IMG/VR virus record: IMGVR_UViG_3300013094_000050
Span: 1 to 62,206 of that record
Length of the DNA stretch: 62,206 nt
Source: a virus
Taxonomy: Duplodnaviria > Caudoviricetes
Strand: one strand, 5' to 3'
Shown one piece after another: positions 1 to 9,407 of the stretch (position 1 is its first letter; every line of letters starts with the position of its first letter). The translations under genes and the position numbers were made by a program. Below the pieces are notes generated by a model, which saw only the letters and a list, made by a program, of their open reading frames with translations, ran no database searches and had not been told where the DNA came from.

Positions 1-507
1 TGTTAATTTATCAACTAATGATTCATGCATTGGATGTTGTAAAGCATTTGTTCCTGGAGCACGAGCTAAAGGACTTACTTTGCCTTTGCTATTCATATCA
101 TCACCAGTAAATGTAACAGAATCAACTCCGCCTACATGATGACCAGACCCGCCTTCTGCACTGTTACCCCAATCTTCGTGATCGTCTTCAAATGTTTCGC
201 CCATTGATTCTTCGGGTTGCACATAACATTCTTCTTCCTCTTCTGCATGTGCCATTGCATCGACCATGTCTCCCATAATAGGTTCTTCTGGTCCATGATC
301 GTGCCCAACATCTGTTGCAGGGCCGTCTTCGATGTCTTTAAGAATTTTCATTAAATCTTTGACACCACCGGCACCTGTACCGTTGATGTTAACACTCATT
401 GTAACGTTATCAGGTTGCTCTTGGTGACCAGGCATCGGTCCGCCTATAACTTCGATACCTTCTTCGATGTTATTTAATTTTGTCATTAAATCTTTGAAAT
501 TCATCAT
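1..507 (-). CDS. Acidic hypothetical protein, truncated by the window edge; possible prohead core/scaffold-type protein
   Basis: Hand-translated open frame MMNFKDLMTKLNNIEEG... running off position 1; GGAG RBS overlaps the stop of the upstream gene; Glu/Asp-rich. Confidence 0.7.
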   Translation of the reverse strand, partial: MMNFKDLMTKLNNIEEGIEVIGGPMPGHQEQPDNVTMSVNINGTGAGGVKDLMKILKDIEDGPATDVGHDHGPEEPIMGDMVDAMAHAEEEEECYVQPEESMGETFEDDHEDWGNSAEGGSGHHVGGVDSVTFTGDDMNSKGKVSPLARAPGTNALQHPMHESLVDKLT

Positions 508-508
508 T

Positions 509-1129
509 TTACTCCTTGATTGGATCTGCTGGACGTTTAGCAACAGGGCTACGATGAGCTTTTTCTACTGTGCTTTCTTTTGTGGATTTACGATATTCTT
601 TAGCAGCACCTGGTACACTTGGTGCTAGTATTTCATCATTGTAACCTTTAACTTGGGTACCTTGATGTTTTTCTTTGTTTAATTCTTGTAAAAAATTCAT
701 CTTATGTTTTTCGCCAACTAGATGGCTATTATCACTAGGTGTTTGAATTGTACCTACAAGAGCTTTACCTGTACGTGTATCATGTTCATGATTAATTTCA
801 TGCTCAAGTTCTTCCGCCATATTTTTTACTTTAATGCAATTCGACGGCATACCTAATCCGGATGCTACCATATCGTGTATTTGTTTGTTAGTTGCTGGAT
901 AATCTGTAGTAACATCAAAGATTGTCATATTGACATTTTTATGTTCAGGAAATTCTGAATGACGTTCTTGTATTGGAGTACGCTTTCCTGCGCTTACACT
1001 AGACACATGGAATTGTGCTAATGCTGCTTTAATTTGTGAGCTACAATCAGTTGGACAATCTCCGGCAATTTTTACCTTAAATTCGTATATCTTTTTGCTC
1101 TCAGTTAAGTATTCTTTGAATGATTTCAT
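509..1129 (-). CDS. Hypothetical protein with a T4 capsid-targeting-like N-terminus (probable head-internal protein)
   Basis: N-terminus MKSFKEYLTE resembles the T4 internal-protein leader MKTYQEFIAE; AATAAATA late-promoter-like site upstream. Confidence 0.6.
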   Translation of the reverse strand: MKSFKEYLTESKKIYEFKVKIAGDCPTDCSSQIKAALAQFHVSSVSAGKRTPIQERHSEFPEHKNVNMTIFDVTTDYPATNKQIHDMVASGLGMPSNCIKVKNMAEELEHEINHEHDTRTGKALVGTIQTPSDNSHLVGEKHKMNFLQELNKEKHQGTQVKGYNDEILAPSVPGAAKEYRKSTKESTVEKAHRSPVAKRPADPIKE

Positions 1130-1150
1130 ATTAGTATCCCAGTACTGTAT

Positions 1151-1633
1151 TTATTTCATTTGCTTGAGTTTTTCTAACAGGCTGTTGCGATCCGTAATAA
1201 TTACACCATCACCTTGTAAAGTCACTCCTTCGTCTGCGCTATTAGCATCATTATCTAGCTTCTGTTTTTTAAGTTGAAGGTCAATCATTTTTAATTTTTT
1301 ATCAAGTTTAGCTGTTTTAGCTTGAATGGCATTCCCTAGCATACTTGCAGCAACTTCAAACAACCGTCCGCTATATCTAGCTTCTACGTTCATACCCAAA
1401 TCCATGATATCTTCGTATGCATCAGTAGCTTTTTTTGCTAGTTCATCTAATTCGGCATCACCTAAATCACCGAGACCTTTTACTTGTGGTAATGCAGCAC
1501 TAATTTTATCATATTCGCTCATGTCGCGAATAAATGGTTGTGCTATTTCGGCTTTTTTAGCTTCTTTTTCTTCCTGCTTAACAATTTTCTTGCTTTCAGG
1601 TAAATTGAGTAGTTCTTCGAGTTTCTTAGTCAT
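1151..1633 (-). CDS. Probable terminase small subunit (gp16-like)
   Basis: 160-aa helical protein; the RLFEVAASML...LDKKLKMIDLQLKK...TDRNSLLEKLK pattern resembles T4-like gp16; adjacent to gp4-like gene. Confidence 0.5.
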   Translation of the reverse strand: MTKKLEELLNLPESKKIVKQEEKEAKKAEIAQPFIRDMSEYDKISAALPQVKGLGDLGDAELDELAKKATDAYEDIMDLGMNVEARYSGRLFEVAASMLGNAIQAKTAKLDKKLKMIDLQLKKQKLDNDANSADEGVTLQGDGVIITDRNSLLEKLKQMK

Positions 1634-1638
1634 AACAT

Positions 1639-1646
1639 TACTTATA
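1639..1646 (-). promoter_or_regulatory. Late-promoter variant TATAAGTA, 5 nt before the ATG at 1633
   Basis: One mismatch to T4 TATAAATA; no SD in the spacer. Confidence 0.55.
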
Positions 1647-2070
1647 CCTGGCTGAAAATATCGTTTTCATTTAAGATTCTGAATTTTAATCCTTGTTGTT
1701 TGCACCATAACTGAGCCGCAGCCCATTTGGCTTGATTTTTAACAAACTGTGCTTGATTATATTTGTTTTTGCCAACACGTTCAAGGATAGTTTGGCTAGC
1801 AGGTTTAATCTCAATTAATTCAGTAAGCATCCGACCTTTTTTATCAACATATTGAATAAAAAAATCTGGAACATAAACTGTTTGTCTATCAGTTAATGGA
1901 TCTCTATATGGTATTTGTATTGCTTCGCTTGCCCATTTTACAATACTGGTATTGTTGTCGCAAAAATTCATAAAAGTTAACTCCCAACTCGATCTATATG
2001 TAGGAACTTTTGTACCTACATATTTTTCAGGGTGTTTCATATTGAATTTGCCACGTGCAAATTTTGCCAT
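1642..2070 (-). CDS. gp4: Head completion nuclease (T4 gp4-like, TnsA-type fold)
   Basis: Motifs YRSSWE, KWASE, YVPDF, IEIKP, NQAKWAAA. Confidence 0.88.
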   Translation of the reverse strand: MAKFARGKFNMKHPEKYVGTKVPTYRSSWELTFMNFCDNNTSIVKWASEAIQIPYRDPLTDRQTVYVPDFFIQYVDKKGRMLTELIEIKPASQTILERVGKNKYNQAQFVKNQAKWAAAQLWCKQQGLKFRILNENDIFSQV

Positions 2071-2071
2071 A

Positions 2072-2422
2072 TTATACTAAAATGTTACGTGCATCGTATG
2101 CACTTGTAGTTGGTTGTATTCTATAACCTAAATAGCTTGTACTTTCTCTGTAAGCATTTAATATCTGTGCTACAACTTGACTTAACTGTAAATCAGTTAA
2201 ACTTTTTAATGTGTCTAGTAATGTGAATACACTTACATTTTCTGTACGTGCTTGATTTAAGATTACAATAGCAACACTTTTTGCGCTTGTAACATCAAAT
2301 CCACGTTTCTGAAAAAATGCTACAGTTGTATCTATTTGATCTGCCGGAAAACTAACTGGTTTTATAAAATATTTGTCAAAGAATGTCTTAGTACTAACCG
2401 GGCCTGTTTGTTGTGTTGCCAT
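2072..2422 (-). CDS. Hypothetical protein
   Basis: 116-aa ORF tightly packed between co-oriented structural genes. Confidence 0.75.
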   Translation of the reverse strand: MATQQTGPVSTKTFFDKYFIKPVSFPADQIDTTVAFFQKRGFDVTSAKSVAIVILNQARTENVSVFTLLDTLKSLTDLQLSQVVAQILNAYRESTSYLGYRIQPTTSAYDARNILV

Positions 2423-2423
2423 A

Positions 2424-3770
2424 TTAAGGTCCTAATGAAAAATCTTCTGCGCCGCCACCGGATGCGTCATAATTAGGTGCATCAGTACTGCTTAGGTTAC
2501 CTTCTGAATCAGTTACTAATGTACTTCCATCATCGAAAGTTTGTATACTACTACCATCGTCAAAAGTTTGTACATTAGATGTATTATTTCCTGACAAATC
2601 ATTGTTGGGAACGTTATCTGGAGCGTCTGTACTAGTTACATTACCTTCTGAATCAGTTACTAATGTACTTCCATCATCGAAAGTTTGTATACTACTACCA
2701 TCATCGAAAGTTTGTACACCCGGTGTGCCCGATGTTGTATTTTCAACTTCGCTAGTCGAATCTTGTGTAATACCGCTAGATGTTGCGGTAGTACCAGCTG
2801 GACTTGCACCCGACCCGCTTCCTGGAAATGATATGTTAGATAATCCGGAAGCAATCCCACCAACTAGACTTCCTACTGCTCCGGCAATTGCACCACCTAG
2901 TAGTCCTCCAGCAACTGTCGACAACCCAGGGCCTGAAGTATTTTGATAAGTGTTAATCGAAGCCAACGCACTTCCGATAATTCCTCCAGCTATCGCACTA
3001 GATAATCCAGATGAAATACTAGTACCACCTGGCAAATTTCCCAATAATGGACTTGGTGTTTTATCGTAATGTGTATCTCCGAATCCTTCAGGATCGTCTT
3101 CTGATACTTCTCCGGACCCATATGCAACTGCTTCATACATAATTTTCATATCATTGTCATGCAGACCATAATCTGAATAGGAGAGCTTATTATGATTCCA
3201 ATTAGCAATAATAGGATTTATAAATTTATAACTTACATATTCATGACGAGCCATTTGATAAACTGTAATGTAATTAAAAAACGGTTCAGTACTACCATTA
3301 TCTAACCCATAAGGTTGAGTAATATGGCTTGCACTTTGCGTAGCATTTCGTGTGTATGCTCCAAATATTTCTGCACTTAAAGGATCAGCATAGTAGTAGT
3401 TATAGTAATTTTGCCATAACTGATTTATTAATCCCATATTGTCGTCGTGAAATTTAATGCCGACTTCACCTGGTGTGTGTTTAGTTTGCATTACTTTTTT
3501 TCTGTTGTACTGATTAAGCATAACAGTTTCAACTTTGTAGCTAGGCAAATCGACACTTTTAACTAACATATTAATTTCTTGCCCTTGTGCTCCTACCAAA
3601 TTAAGATTTTGCAACGCATTAGGATTAATACTAAATGCAACATGGAATAAAAAATTATGTTTAGGTGCAAGTCTAAATTGATCAGAATTAAACATGTGGT
3701 CAGCATGTTGCTGATCACGCAAGATTAATTTTGAGTGAGAATGTAAATTACTGTTAGATGTAAAGGCCAT
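2424..3770 (-). CDS. Tail-tube-related baseplate/tube initiator protein (gp48/gp54-like) with a repetitive acidic C-terminus
   Basis: N-terminal tube-like fold motifs (LVKSVDLPSY, IKFHDDN); follows the tail tube gene; G/S-rich linker then QTFDDGS repeats. Confidence 0.65.
   Translation of the reverse strand: MAFTSNSNLHSHSKLILRDQQHADHMFNSDQFRLAPKHNFLFHVAFSINPNALQNLNLVGAQGQEINMLVKSVDLPSYKVETVMLNQYNRKKVMQTKHTPGEVGIKFHDDNMGLINQLWQNYYNYYYADPLSAEIFGAYTRNATQSASHITQPYGLDNGSTEPFFNYITVYQMARHEYVSYKFINPIIANWNHNKLSYSDYGLHDNDMKIMYEAVAYGSGEVSEDDPEGFGDTHYDKTPSPLLGNLPGGTSISSGLSSAIAGGIIGSALASINTYQNTSGPGLSTVAGGLLGGAIAGAVGSLVGGIASGLSNISFPGSGSGASPAGTTATSSGITQDSTSEVENTTSGTPGVQTFDDGSSIQTFDDGSTLVTDSEGNVTSTDAPDNVPNNDLSGNNTSNVQTFDDGSSIQTFDDGSTLVTDSEGNLSSTDAPNYDASGGGAEDFSLGP
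2497..2718. repeat. 78-bp direct repeat, two copies (2497-2574 and 2641-2718), encoding VQTFDDGSSIQTFDDGSTLVTDSEGN
   Basis: Near-identical DNA copies 144 bp apart with about 2 synonymous mismatches. Confidence 0.92.
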
Positions 3771-3775
3771 ACTAT

Positions 3776-3783
3776 TATTTATA
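3776..3783 (-). promoter_or_regulatory. T4-type late promoter TATAAATA, 5 nt before the ATG at 3770
   Basis: Exact gp55 consensus located just downstream of a terminator. Confidence 0.75.
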
Positions 3784-3817
3784 GATTAAATAATATACGC
3801 ATATTATGAATACTCAT

Positions 3818-3841
3818 AAAAAAGCCTACCGGAGTAGGCTT
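3818..3841 (-). terminator. Rho-independent terminator after the tail tube gene
   Basis: Minus strand AAGCCTAC-TCCG-GTAGGCTT followed by a T run. Confidence 0.85.
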
Positions 3842-3846
3842 AATTA

Positions 3847-4479
3847 TTAAGAACCTAAAGCGTTATTTGTAGAATTAGCGCCTTTTAATATAACAGGAGT
3901 ACTAGATCCAATATCTCCGCCTGATATCTGTGCTGCGTTATCGTAACGAATAGTCAAATCAATCATAACAGGACCATTTTCTTTGTAGTCTAAGTTTTGC
4001 CAATTTGTTTTTTCTAGATAACAACCGTAAACTTCCCATGACTCAAGTACTTGCGGACCGTCTGCACCATTGCCGCCATCTAACATTTCGATACGCATTG
4101 TGAATTTATAATCACCTGCTGAAGCTGCAGAGCTTTGTTCAAAAAAGTCAAATTGTCTTTGATTTTGTTCTCCAACAAGTTTACTAACGTTACCGTTAAC
4201 ATCGTCACGCAATTTAACTGTAATATTTTCCCATGATGGTTTTCCTGCATAGTTAATTTTGCTATTGTAGATATCAATAACGTTGTTAGCAAACGTTAAG
4301 TTAGGACGAGTAATGTCCGAAACTTGTTTGGTCATTTCTGTTGTGCTACCACTATTGCCAAAGTTTTCAAAGTTTACGCGGAAACGATATTTCAACTTGG
4401 GCATTAACATGCCCTGTGAACCTGCACTTTGATCAGATGCTAGTGGTACTGTAAAGTTTGATAATGCTGCGATTGCCAT
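3847..4479 (-). CDS. gp19: Tail tube protein (gp19-like)
   Basis: Immediately downstream of the sheath; motifs PKLKYRFRV, YAGKPSWENITVKLRDD, LTIRYDNA. Confidence 0.88.
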   Translation of the reverse strand: MAIAALSNFTVPLASDQSAGSQGMLMPKLKYRFRVNFENFGNSGSTTEMTKQVSDITRPNLTFANNVIDIYNSKINYAGKPSWENITVKLRDDVNGNVSKLVGEQNQRQFDFFEQSSAASAGDYKFTMRIEMLDGGNGADGPQVLESWEVYGCYLEKTNWQNLDYKENGPVMIDLTIRYDNAAQISGGDIGSSTPVILKGANSTNNALGS

Positions 4480-4491
4480 ATGATTCTCCTA

Positions 4492-7400
4492 TTATGCGCC
4501 GCTTAAACCAGCGATAGCGCCAGTGTTTTCTAGACGTAATGGAATGTAAATAAATTCCACTGATTTAACTGGTTCAATTGCAATGTCAACATGTAACTCA
4601 TTGGCATCGATACGAGCCGGTGTGTTGTTTGATTTATCGCATACTACAATATAATCATACAGAGCACGTTCACCTGTTAACTGTAACAATAATTTCTCAA
4701 TTTGTTGTTTAATTTCGTTACGTGTAATTGTATCGTTTGGTTCAAATATGAATGGTTTAGCAATCACATTTAACTGATAACGCAAGTAAATTACTAAACG
4801 AGCAACGTTGATACGATCCAAACTGCTAGCTGCTAATTGACGTGTGTATTGACCATAACAAACTAAACCAGTTCCAGCAAGATATGTAATTGGATTAACA
4901 TGCACACTTGCTAATGTATCTCGTTGACCTTGATTCAATGCAACTGTTTGGTATTCACCAGTTTGTGCATTAACATATCCAACTGAGCTAGCATTTGTAA
5001 CACCACCACGACGTACACCAGCTGGTGCAAACCATGGATAAGAAACATTATCGCTTAGTGCAATTGTACGTAACATAATATAGCTTGGTGGAACAACAAT
5101 GTCGTTACCTAACAAATCTGTTGTAAATCCCCATGGATAGTAAACAGCACTATATGGATCAGTTGTAACTAAACCTTGCCAGTTATCTTGAACTGCGCCG
5201 GCTGTGTTATTACCCCAATTGCTTAATGCTGTTGCAGTTGGATTCAAATGTATTGGACTATCTGCAACGATGAATGCTGATAAACCGTTATCATTATTCA
5301 ATCCAACTAACGAACTTAGTGTTTCAATATAACCTGGGCAACTTAACAAGTTGAAAATAACTGTGTCCGGTTGACGGATTTGTTGATTACTTTGAATTGT
5401 TGCTTCTAATGCTTGTAAAACAACCTGACGTTGAGCATGTGATCCAAATCGTCCAACACCATTAGTATCGTTGGCTGCATCACTTACCCAGCGATCTGCA
5501 AAATATCCAGACATTGATTCGCCACCAGCATTTGCATTGTGGCCATTTGCAGTGTTGATATAACCTGATACATATTTCTTAACATTAAATCCTGAACGAC
5601 GTAAATTGTATAACAAAGTTCCTCTTGGATATAATGCATATGAAGGAGCATCTGGATCTAAGAAATTGCTAGCTAACAAAGCTGCAATAGTAGCAGGTGT
5701 GCCACTTGATGCACCAGAAGTCGACCAACGTGCGTCGGCAAACACAATACCATTACCACTTGTATGATCTGCATTATTAACTAATACCCATACCTGCTTT
5801 GACAAATTATAAACATAAATTTGTGGGAACAATTCCAAGTTAGCTGTACTAACCCAAATGTCGCCATTAGCTAATTGAGTACCATCGCTTTGTGCTGTAG
5901 GTTGTGTTGCACTTACAATTGGACCATTAGGATCTGTTGAAGTACTAGTACCATTTAATGTTTGATCATAATTTGAATATCCAACCCATGCGCTACCATT
6001 ATTAATCATAATGTCAACATCTGTAATGCTAGAATCATACCATAATGTTCCATTTGCAGGTGTTGTTGTTGGCGGTGTGCTACTTGCAGCAGCAATACTT
6101 GTTGGTGAGCTTGTCCATAAACTTGCTACATATGTGTAAGCTGGATTTGGATCTGCATAGAAGTTTGTAGTAGTACTTGTTGAGAATAGTTTACCAATAG
6201 GTGTAGCTGTACCATCTGCAAAGTGAATATCTCCGCCTTGTGTATGAGTGATTGTAATAGTATTGTTACTATTAACAACAGCATTAATTGGATAGCCAGC
6301 CGAAGCTGTTAAAATTGTTGCCGCAATTGTTGCAGCATCAGAAGATAGACCGGCACCTGTAAATGATACAGAAATTGTTGACAATGCAATACTACCTGCT
6401 GTACTTACTCCCATTGTAAATGTATTTGATCCAGAAGTAATTGTACCAGTAGTAATTGTGTTACTTGTAATATTTAATGCACCTGAACTTAATCTTTCAT
6501 GAATCTTAAAATTGCCCAATTGCGGACTCACTTCAGTTTCATTGTACTTAACATAAACAGCACCTGCTGCAATATTGTAACCGCCACCTGTTGGGTCAAG
6601 AGTTGCTAGTGCACTTTGTCCATTAGGGAACATTTGTACTGGCAATGTGACCCATGTATTAGCTGCTGCGCTATATTCTTTAACAAACCAATTTGCACCT
6701 TGATTAACAGGACTTGCTTTAACCCATACACTACCAGTTGGTGCGCCTTGAACAGTGCCACCATTTTGATACATTCCATATGTTGGAATACCTGTATAAG
6801 GACTAATAGTAAATTGTGGAGCCATCCAAATTCCGCCAATGCCTGAATTTGTTAATCCGTTATGTGTTAAGCCTGCTGTAATTGTAACTTGAACACCAGT
6901 TGAATAAATGTATAATACATTATTAGACGATGATGCAGTAATACCTAACGCTGTTAATGCACTTGATGCATTAATAGCAGTTGCCATTGATGCTTGAGTT
7001 GTACCAGTAGTAGTAACGGTATTACCATTAATTTGAATAGTATCGGCTGAGCCTACTACATACGGTGAACTTGTTCCGCTTGTAGCTGTTGGCCAGCTTG
7101 CTGCCCACGCACCTGTTCCAACTTGTACCCATGTACCAGCTGGTGTCGATGTTGCATATTTTTTCAACCACAATGTAATTAAAGTTGTAGTAGCAACAAT
7201 AGCGTATTGACCAACAGTACCAATGCTTGCAATCGGAGCACCGGTATTAACTTGTGCTGGATTTGTAATTACTAATGGTGTTTGATTAGTAAATGTTTGT
7301 CCAGTAGCCGTTGACCCTGAACTTGAATTCCATTGGAAAACACCAAATGTTGTATCAGTTGTGTCGAACCAATATGTGCCATCTGCTGGATTACCGGTCG

Positions 7401-7779
7401 GAATAGTTGATGTTCCGATCAACTGACTTGTATCTAAGTTTGCACGTACAACATATGCACGATTGCTTACTCCTAAGAAGCTGTAAGCTGCTTGTAAACC
7501 ATATTCGTTTATTTCACTTCCATTGATTGGATTATTACTTGCGTCAGTTTGGAAATAAGGAATACCAAATGTGGCTCCTAAATCTGCTTGACTTGTTAAT
7601 AAGTAAGGTATACCAGCATTTGCTGCTAGTGTTCCTGGTGCAATACCAGTACCTGCTGAATTCTGTTTGTTTGCTTGACTAGCAACAACGATCAAAGGTA
7701 CAGTACCAGGTGCGCCCGGTGTGTAAAACGATTCATCAACTACTGTTACGCTTACGCCTGGTGAATTTAATTGAGCCAT
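4492..7779 (-). CDS. gp18: Contractile tail sheath protein (gp18-like) with large inserted domains
   Basis: N-terminal SPGVSVTVVDES; C-terminal PWFAPAG.RRG, LDRINVARL, FIFEPND, IEPVKSVEFIYI. Confidence 0.96.
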   Translation of the reverse strand: MAQLNSPGVSVTVVDESFYTPGAPGTVPLIVVASQANKQNSAGTGIAPGTLAANAGIPYLLTSQADLGATFGIPYFQTDASNNPINGSEINEYGLQAAYSFLGVSNRAYVVRANLDTSQLIGTSTIPTGNPADGTYWFDTTDTTFGVFQWNSSSGSTATGQTFTNQTPLVITNPAQVNTGAPIASIGTVGQYAIVATTTLITLWLKKYATSTPAGTWVQVGTGAWAASWPTATSGTSSPYVVGSADTIQINGNTVTTTGTTQASMATAINASSALTALGITASSSNNVLYIYSTGVQVTITAGLTHNGLTNSGIGGIWMAPQFTISPYTGIPTYGMYQNGGTVQGAPTGSVWVKASPVNQGANWFVKEYSAAANTWVTLPVQMFPNGQSALATLDPTGGGYNIAAGAVYVKYNETEVSPQLGNFKIHERLSSGALNITSNTITTGTITSGSNTFTMGVSTAGSIALSTISVSFTGAGLSSDAATIAATILTASAGYPINAVVNSNNTITITHTQGGDIHFADGTATPIGKLFSTSTTTNFYADPNPAYTYVASLWTSSPTSIAAASSTPPTTTPANGTLWYDSSITDVDIMINNGSAWVGYSNYDQTLNGTSTSTDPNGPIVSATQPTAQSDGTQLANGDIWVSTANLELFPQIYVYNLSKQVWVLVNNADHTSGNGIVFADARWSTSGASSGTPATIAALLASNFLDPDAPSYALYPRGTLLYNLRRSGFNVKKYVSGYINTANGHNANAGGESMSGYFADRWVSDAANDTNGVGRFGSHAQRQVVLQALEATIQSNQQIRQPDTVIFNLLSCPGYIETLSSLVGLNNDNGLSAFIVADSPIHLNPTATALSNWGNNTAGAVQDNWQGLVTTDPYSAVYYPWGFTTDLLGNDIVVPPSYIMLRTIALSDNVSYPWFAPAGVRRGGVTNASSVGYVNAQTGEYQTVALNQGQRDTLASVHVNPITYLAGTGLVCYGQYTRQLAASSLDRINVARLVIYLRYQLNVIAKPFIFEPNDTITRNEIKQQIEKLLLQLTGERALYDYIVVCDKSNNTPARIDANELHVDIAIEPVKSVEFIYIPLRLENTGAIAGLSGA

Positions 7780-7814
7780 TTTGTTATCTCCATGAATACA
7801 TGTTCTGCTGTATG

Positions 7815-7822
7815 TATTTATG
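7815..7822 (-). promoter_or_regulatory. Late promoter CATAAATA for the sheath-tube operon
   Basis: TAAATA core about 35 nt upstream of the ATG; GGAG RBS in the leader. Confidence 0.65.
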
Positions 7823-7874
7823 GCAATTTGATTTTTTATAGCACTTAAGGTACTGTAAAAAGGTTCAAAAAAGG

Positions 7875-7882
7875 CTTAAATA
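7875..7882 (+). promoter_or_regulatory. Late-promoter-like CTTAAATA, 4 nt before the ATG at 7887
   Basis: TAAATA core; divergent from the sheath promoter. Confidence 0.5.
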
Positions 7883-7886
7883 AAAT

Positions 7887-8213
7887 ATGAGACCGTTATG
7901 TTCGTGCGGATTACGCCCTGTAGCTATTAATTACTATAAAGAAGGTAAGCCTTTTTATAGGAGTCAGTGTGGTTCTTGTATGCGCGGAGTAAAATTACCC
8001 CGGTGGTTTACTAGCGGATATAAACTAAAGAATTCTTGCGACAAATGTGGTTTCAAAAGTCCACATAAAGAAATATTCTCTGTATTTCATGTAGATGGCG
8101 ATCTCAATAACTGCCGTCCACAAAACTTAAAAAGTATCTGTGCTAACTGCGCTCGGATTCTTCATAAAGAAGGGATTCGTTGGAAACAAGGAGATTTGAT
8201 TCCTGACCTATAA
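7887..8213 (+). CDS. Zinc-finger/HNH-like protein
   Basis: CxC, CxxC, CDKC...HVDGDLNNC..NL..ICANC. Confidence 0.8.
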   Translation: MRPLCSCGLRPVAINYYKEGKPFYRSQCGSCMRGVKLPRWFTSGYKLKNSCDKCGFKSPHKEIFSVFHVDGDLNNCRPQNLKSICANCARILHKEGIRWKQGDLIPDL

Positions 8214-8835
8214 CTCTTAATACTTGTTTATATAAATCATCTAAAGTACCGTTGTTCTCAAGTACATGATCAAATTTTGTGCCTACCCAGGCAGTTTCTG
8301 AACTATGAATTCCAGCTTTTTCTAATTTAGCTTTACTTAGTGCCCATGAACTATTACCGTCTGGACCACGATTTACACTAACTGCGGCATTATACCATTT
8401 AGGTTCAGGGCCGCGAACAACACGAATAACTTTCCCACCGGCATTTTTGATTGATTTAATTTCATTAGGGAAACGGCAATCACTGATAACAATATCGTCT
8501 TTGATGTTACGTAGTTTGTTTTCTAAACTAGCAATCCAAATGTCGTCATGAAATCCTTTACGACAAACTTCAGTCCCCCAGTATTGTAATACCCAACGTG
8601 GAGTTAGATTAGGCATATCTAAACGTTCTGCCCACCAAGGATCAACTTCTTCTCGCCATTCTCTGGCACTTTTTGTTCTACCTTCTAGCATAGTGCGATC
8701 CCACCCGAACACTTGTGCTACCGCATCTTTTAAGCTATTGGCAAATGATTCTCTTCGGAATCCGTAAAAATTGGTAAGATAATCGGCAATAGTATCTTTG
8801 CCAGAACCGATAAAACCGCACACACCTATGATCAT
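8143..8835 (-). CDS. Deoxynucleoside monophosphate kinase (T4 gp1-like)
   Basis: Likely start MIIGVCGFIGSGKDT (P-loop); LQYWGTE.CR, ISDCRFPNE, H.SE motifs; start reassigned from 8901 to 8835 because a promoter lies at 8857-8885. Confidence 0.92.
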   Translation of the reverse strand: MIIGVCGFIGSGKDTIADYLTNFYGFRRESFANSLKDAVAQVFGWDRTMLEGRTKSAREWREEVDPWWAERLDMPNLTPRWVLQYWGTEVCRKGFHDDIWIASLENKLRNIKDDIVISDCRFPNEIKSIKNAGGKVIRVVRGPEPKWYNAAVSVNRGPDGNSSWALSKAKLEKAGIHSSETAWVGTKFDHVLENNGTLDDLYKQVLRVIGQESNLLVSNESLLYEESERS

Positions 8836-8856
8836 AGAGCCCCCTGAAGTAACTCT

Positions 8857-8885
8857 AGTATATAACAGTTTTGTTACAAGGTCAA
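8857..8885 (-). promoter_or_regulatory. Sigma70-type promoter TTGACC-17-TATACT for dNMP kinase
   Basis: Near-consensus boxes with 17-nt spacing; preceded by AAATTTC, as in the promoter at 19857-19885. Confidence 0.75.
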
Positions 8886-8891
8886 GAAATT

Positions 8892-9407
8892 TTAGATCCA
8901 ATTAAAATTAATTACACATCTGTATGGTTGATCTGTGCACGATGTTCCGCTGTGAGATTCCGATGCCGGAAATATTACTATTCGATTAGCAACACTTTCA
9001 ACCTTTTGGCCATCGTTTTCAAAAATAGTATAACCATCATTTGTGTTTACATAAAAAACTGCGGTTTTGACTAGCGGTAATACATGATCGTTAGGTGGAT
9101 CGATATGATATGAATGTAATACAATGTTCTCAGTTCTTGGATTTAGATTTGCTTTAATTCGTATTAAAATATTTGGAGTTAATCTACGTATAATTGGATC
9201 TATTAAATCTAAAGGTTTTCTAGCACCAGCATGTACTTCGAAAAAAGTATGACCTAATTGCCAATTATCTAGTGGATTACATTCTATTTGATCTTCTGGA
9301 GGTACTATATATGACGTAAACCATGGAAATTTACCGTCTATTCCCATAGTGCGTTGTATTACTTCTAGCTCGTATGGATCTAAGAAATTATCAATTATTT
9401 GTCTCAT
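8892..9407 (-). CDS. 2OG-Fe(II) oxygenase
   Basis: MRQIIDNFL start; H-x-D (YHID), TAVFYVNTNDGYT, distal H (HSG) and R (YRCVINFN). Confidence 0.85.
   Translation of the reverse strand: MRQIIDNFLDPYELEVIQRTMGIDGKFPWFTSYIVPPEDQIECNPLDNWQLGHTFFEVHAGARKPLDLIDPIIRRLTPNILIRIKANLNPRTENIVLHSYHIDPPNDHVLPLVKTAVFYVNTNDGYTIFENDGQKVESVANRIVIFPASESHSGTSCTDQPYRCVINFNWI

Noticed and set aside
1642-2070. TnsA-like transposase
   Set aside because: Motifs and context match T4 gp4 head completion; no transposon ends or partner genes are visible
8836-8901. N-terminal extension of dNMP kinase given in the ORF track
   Set aside because: It overlaps the promoter; the P-loop family begins at MIIG (8835)
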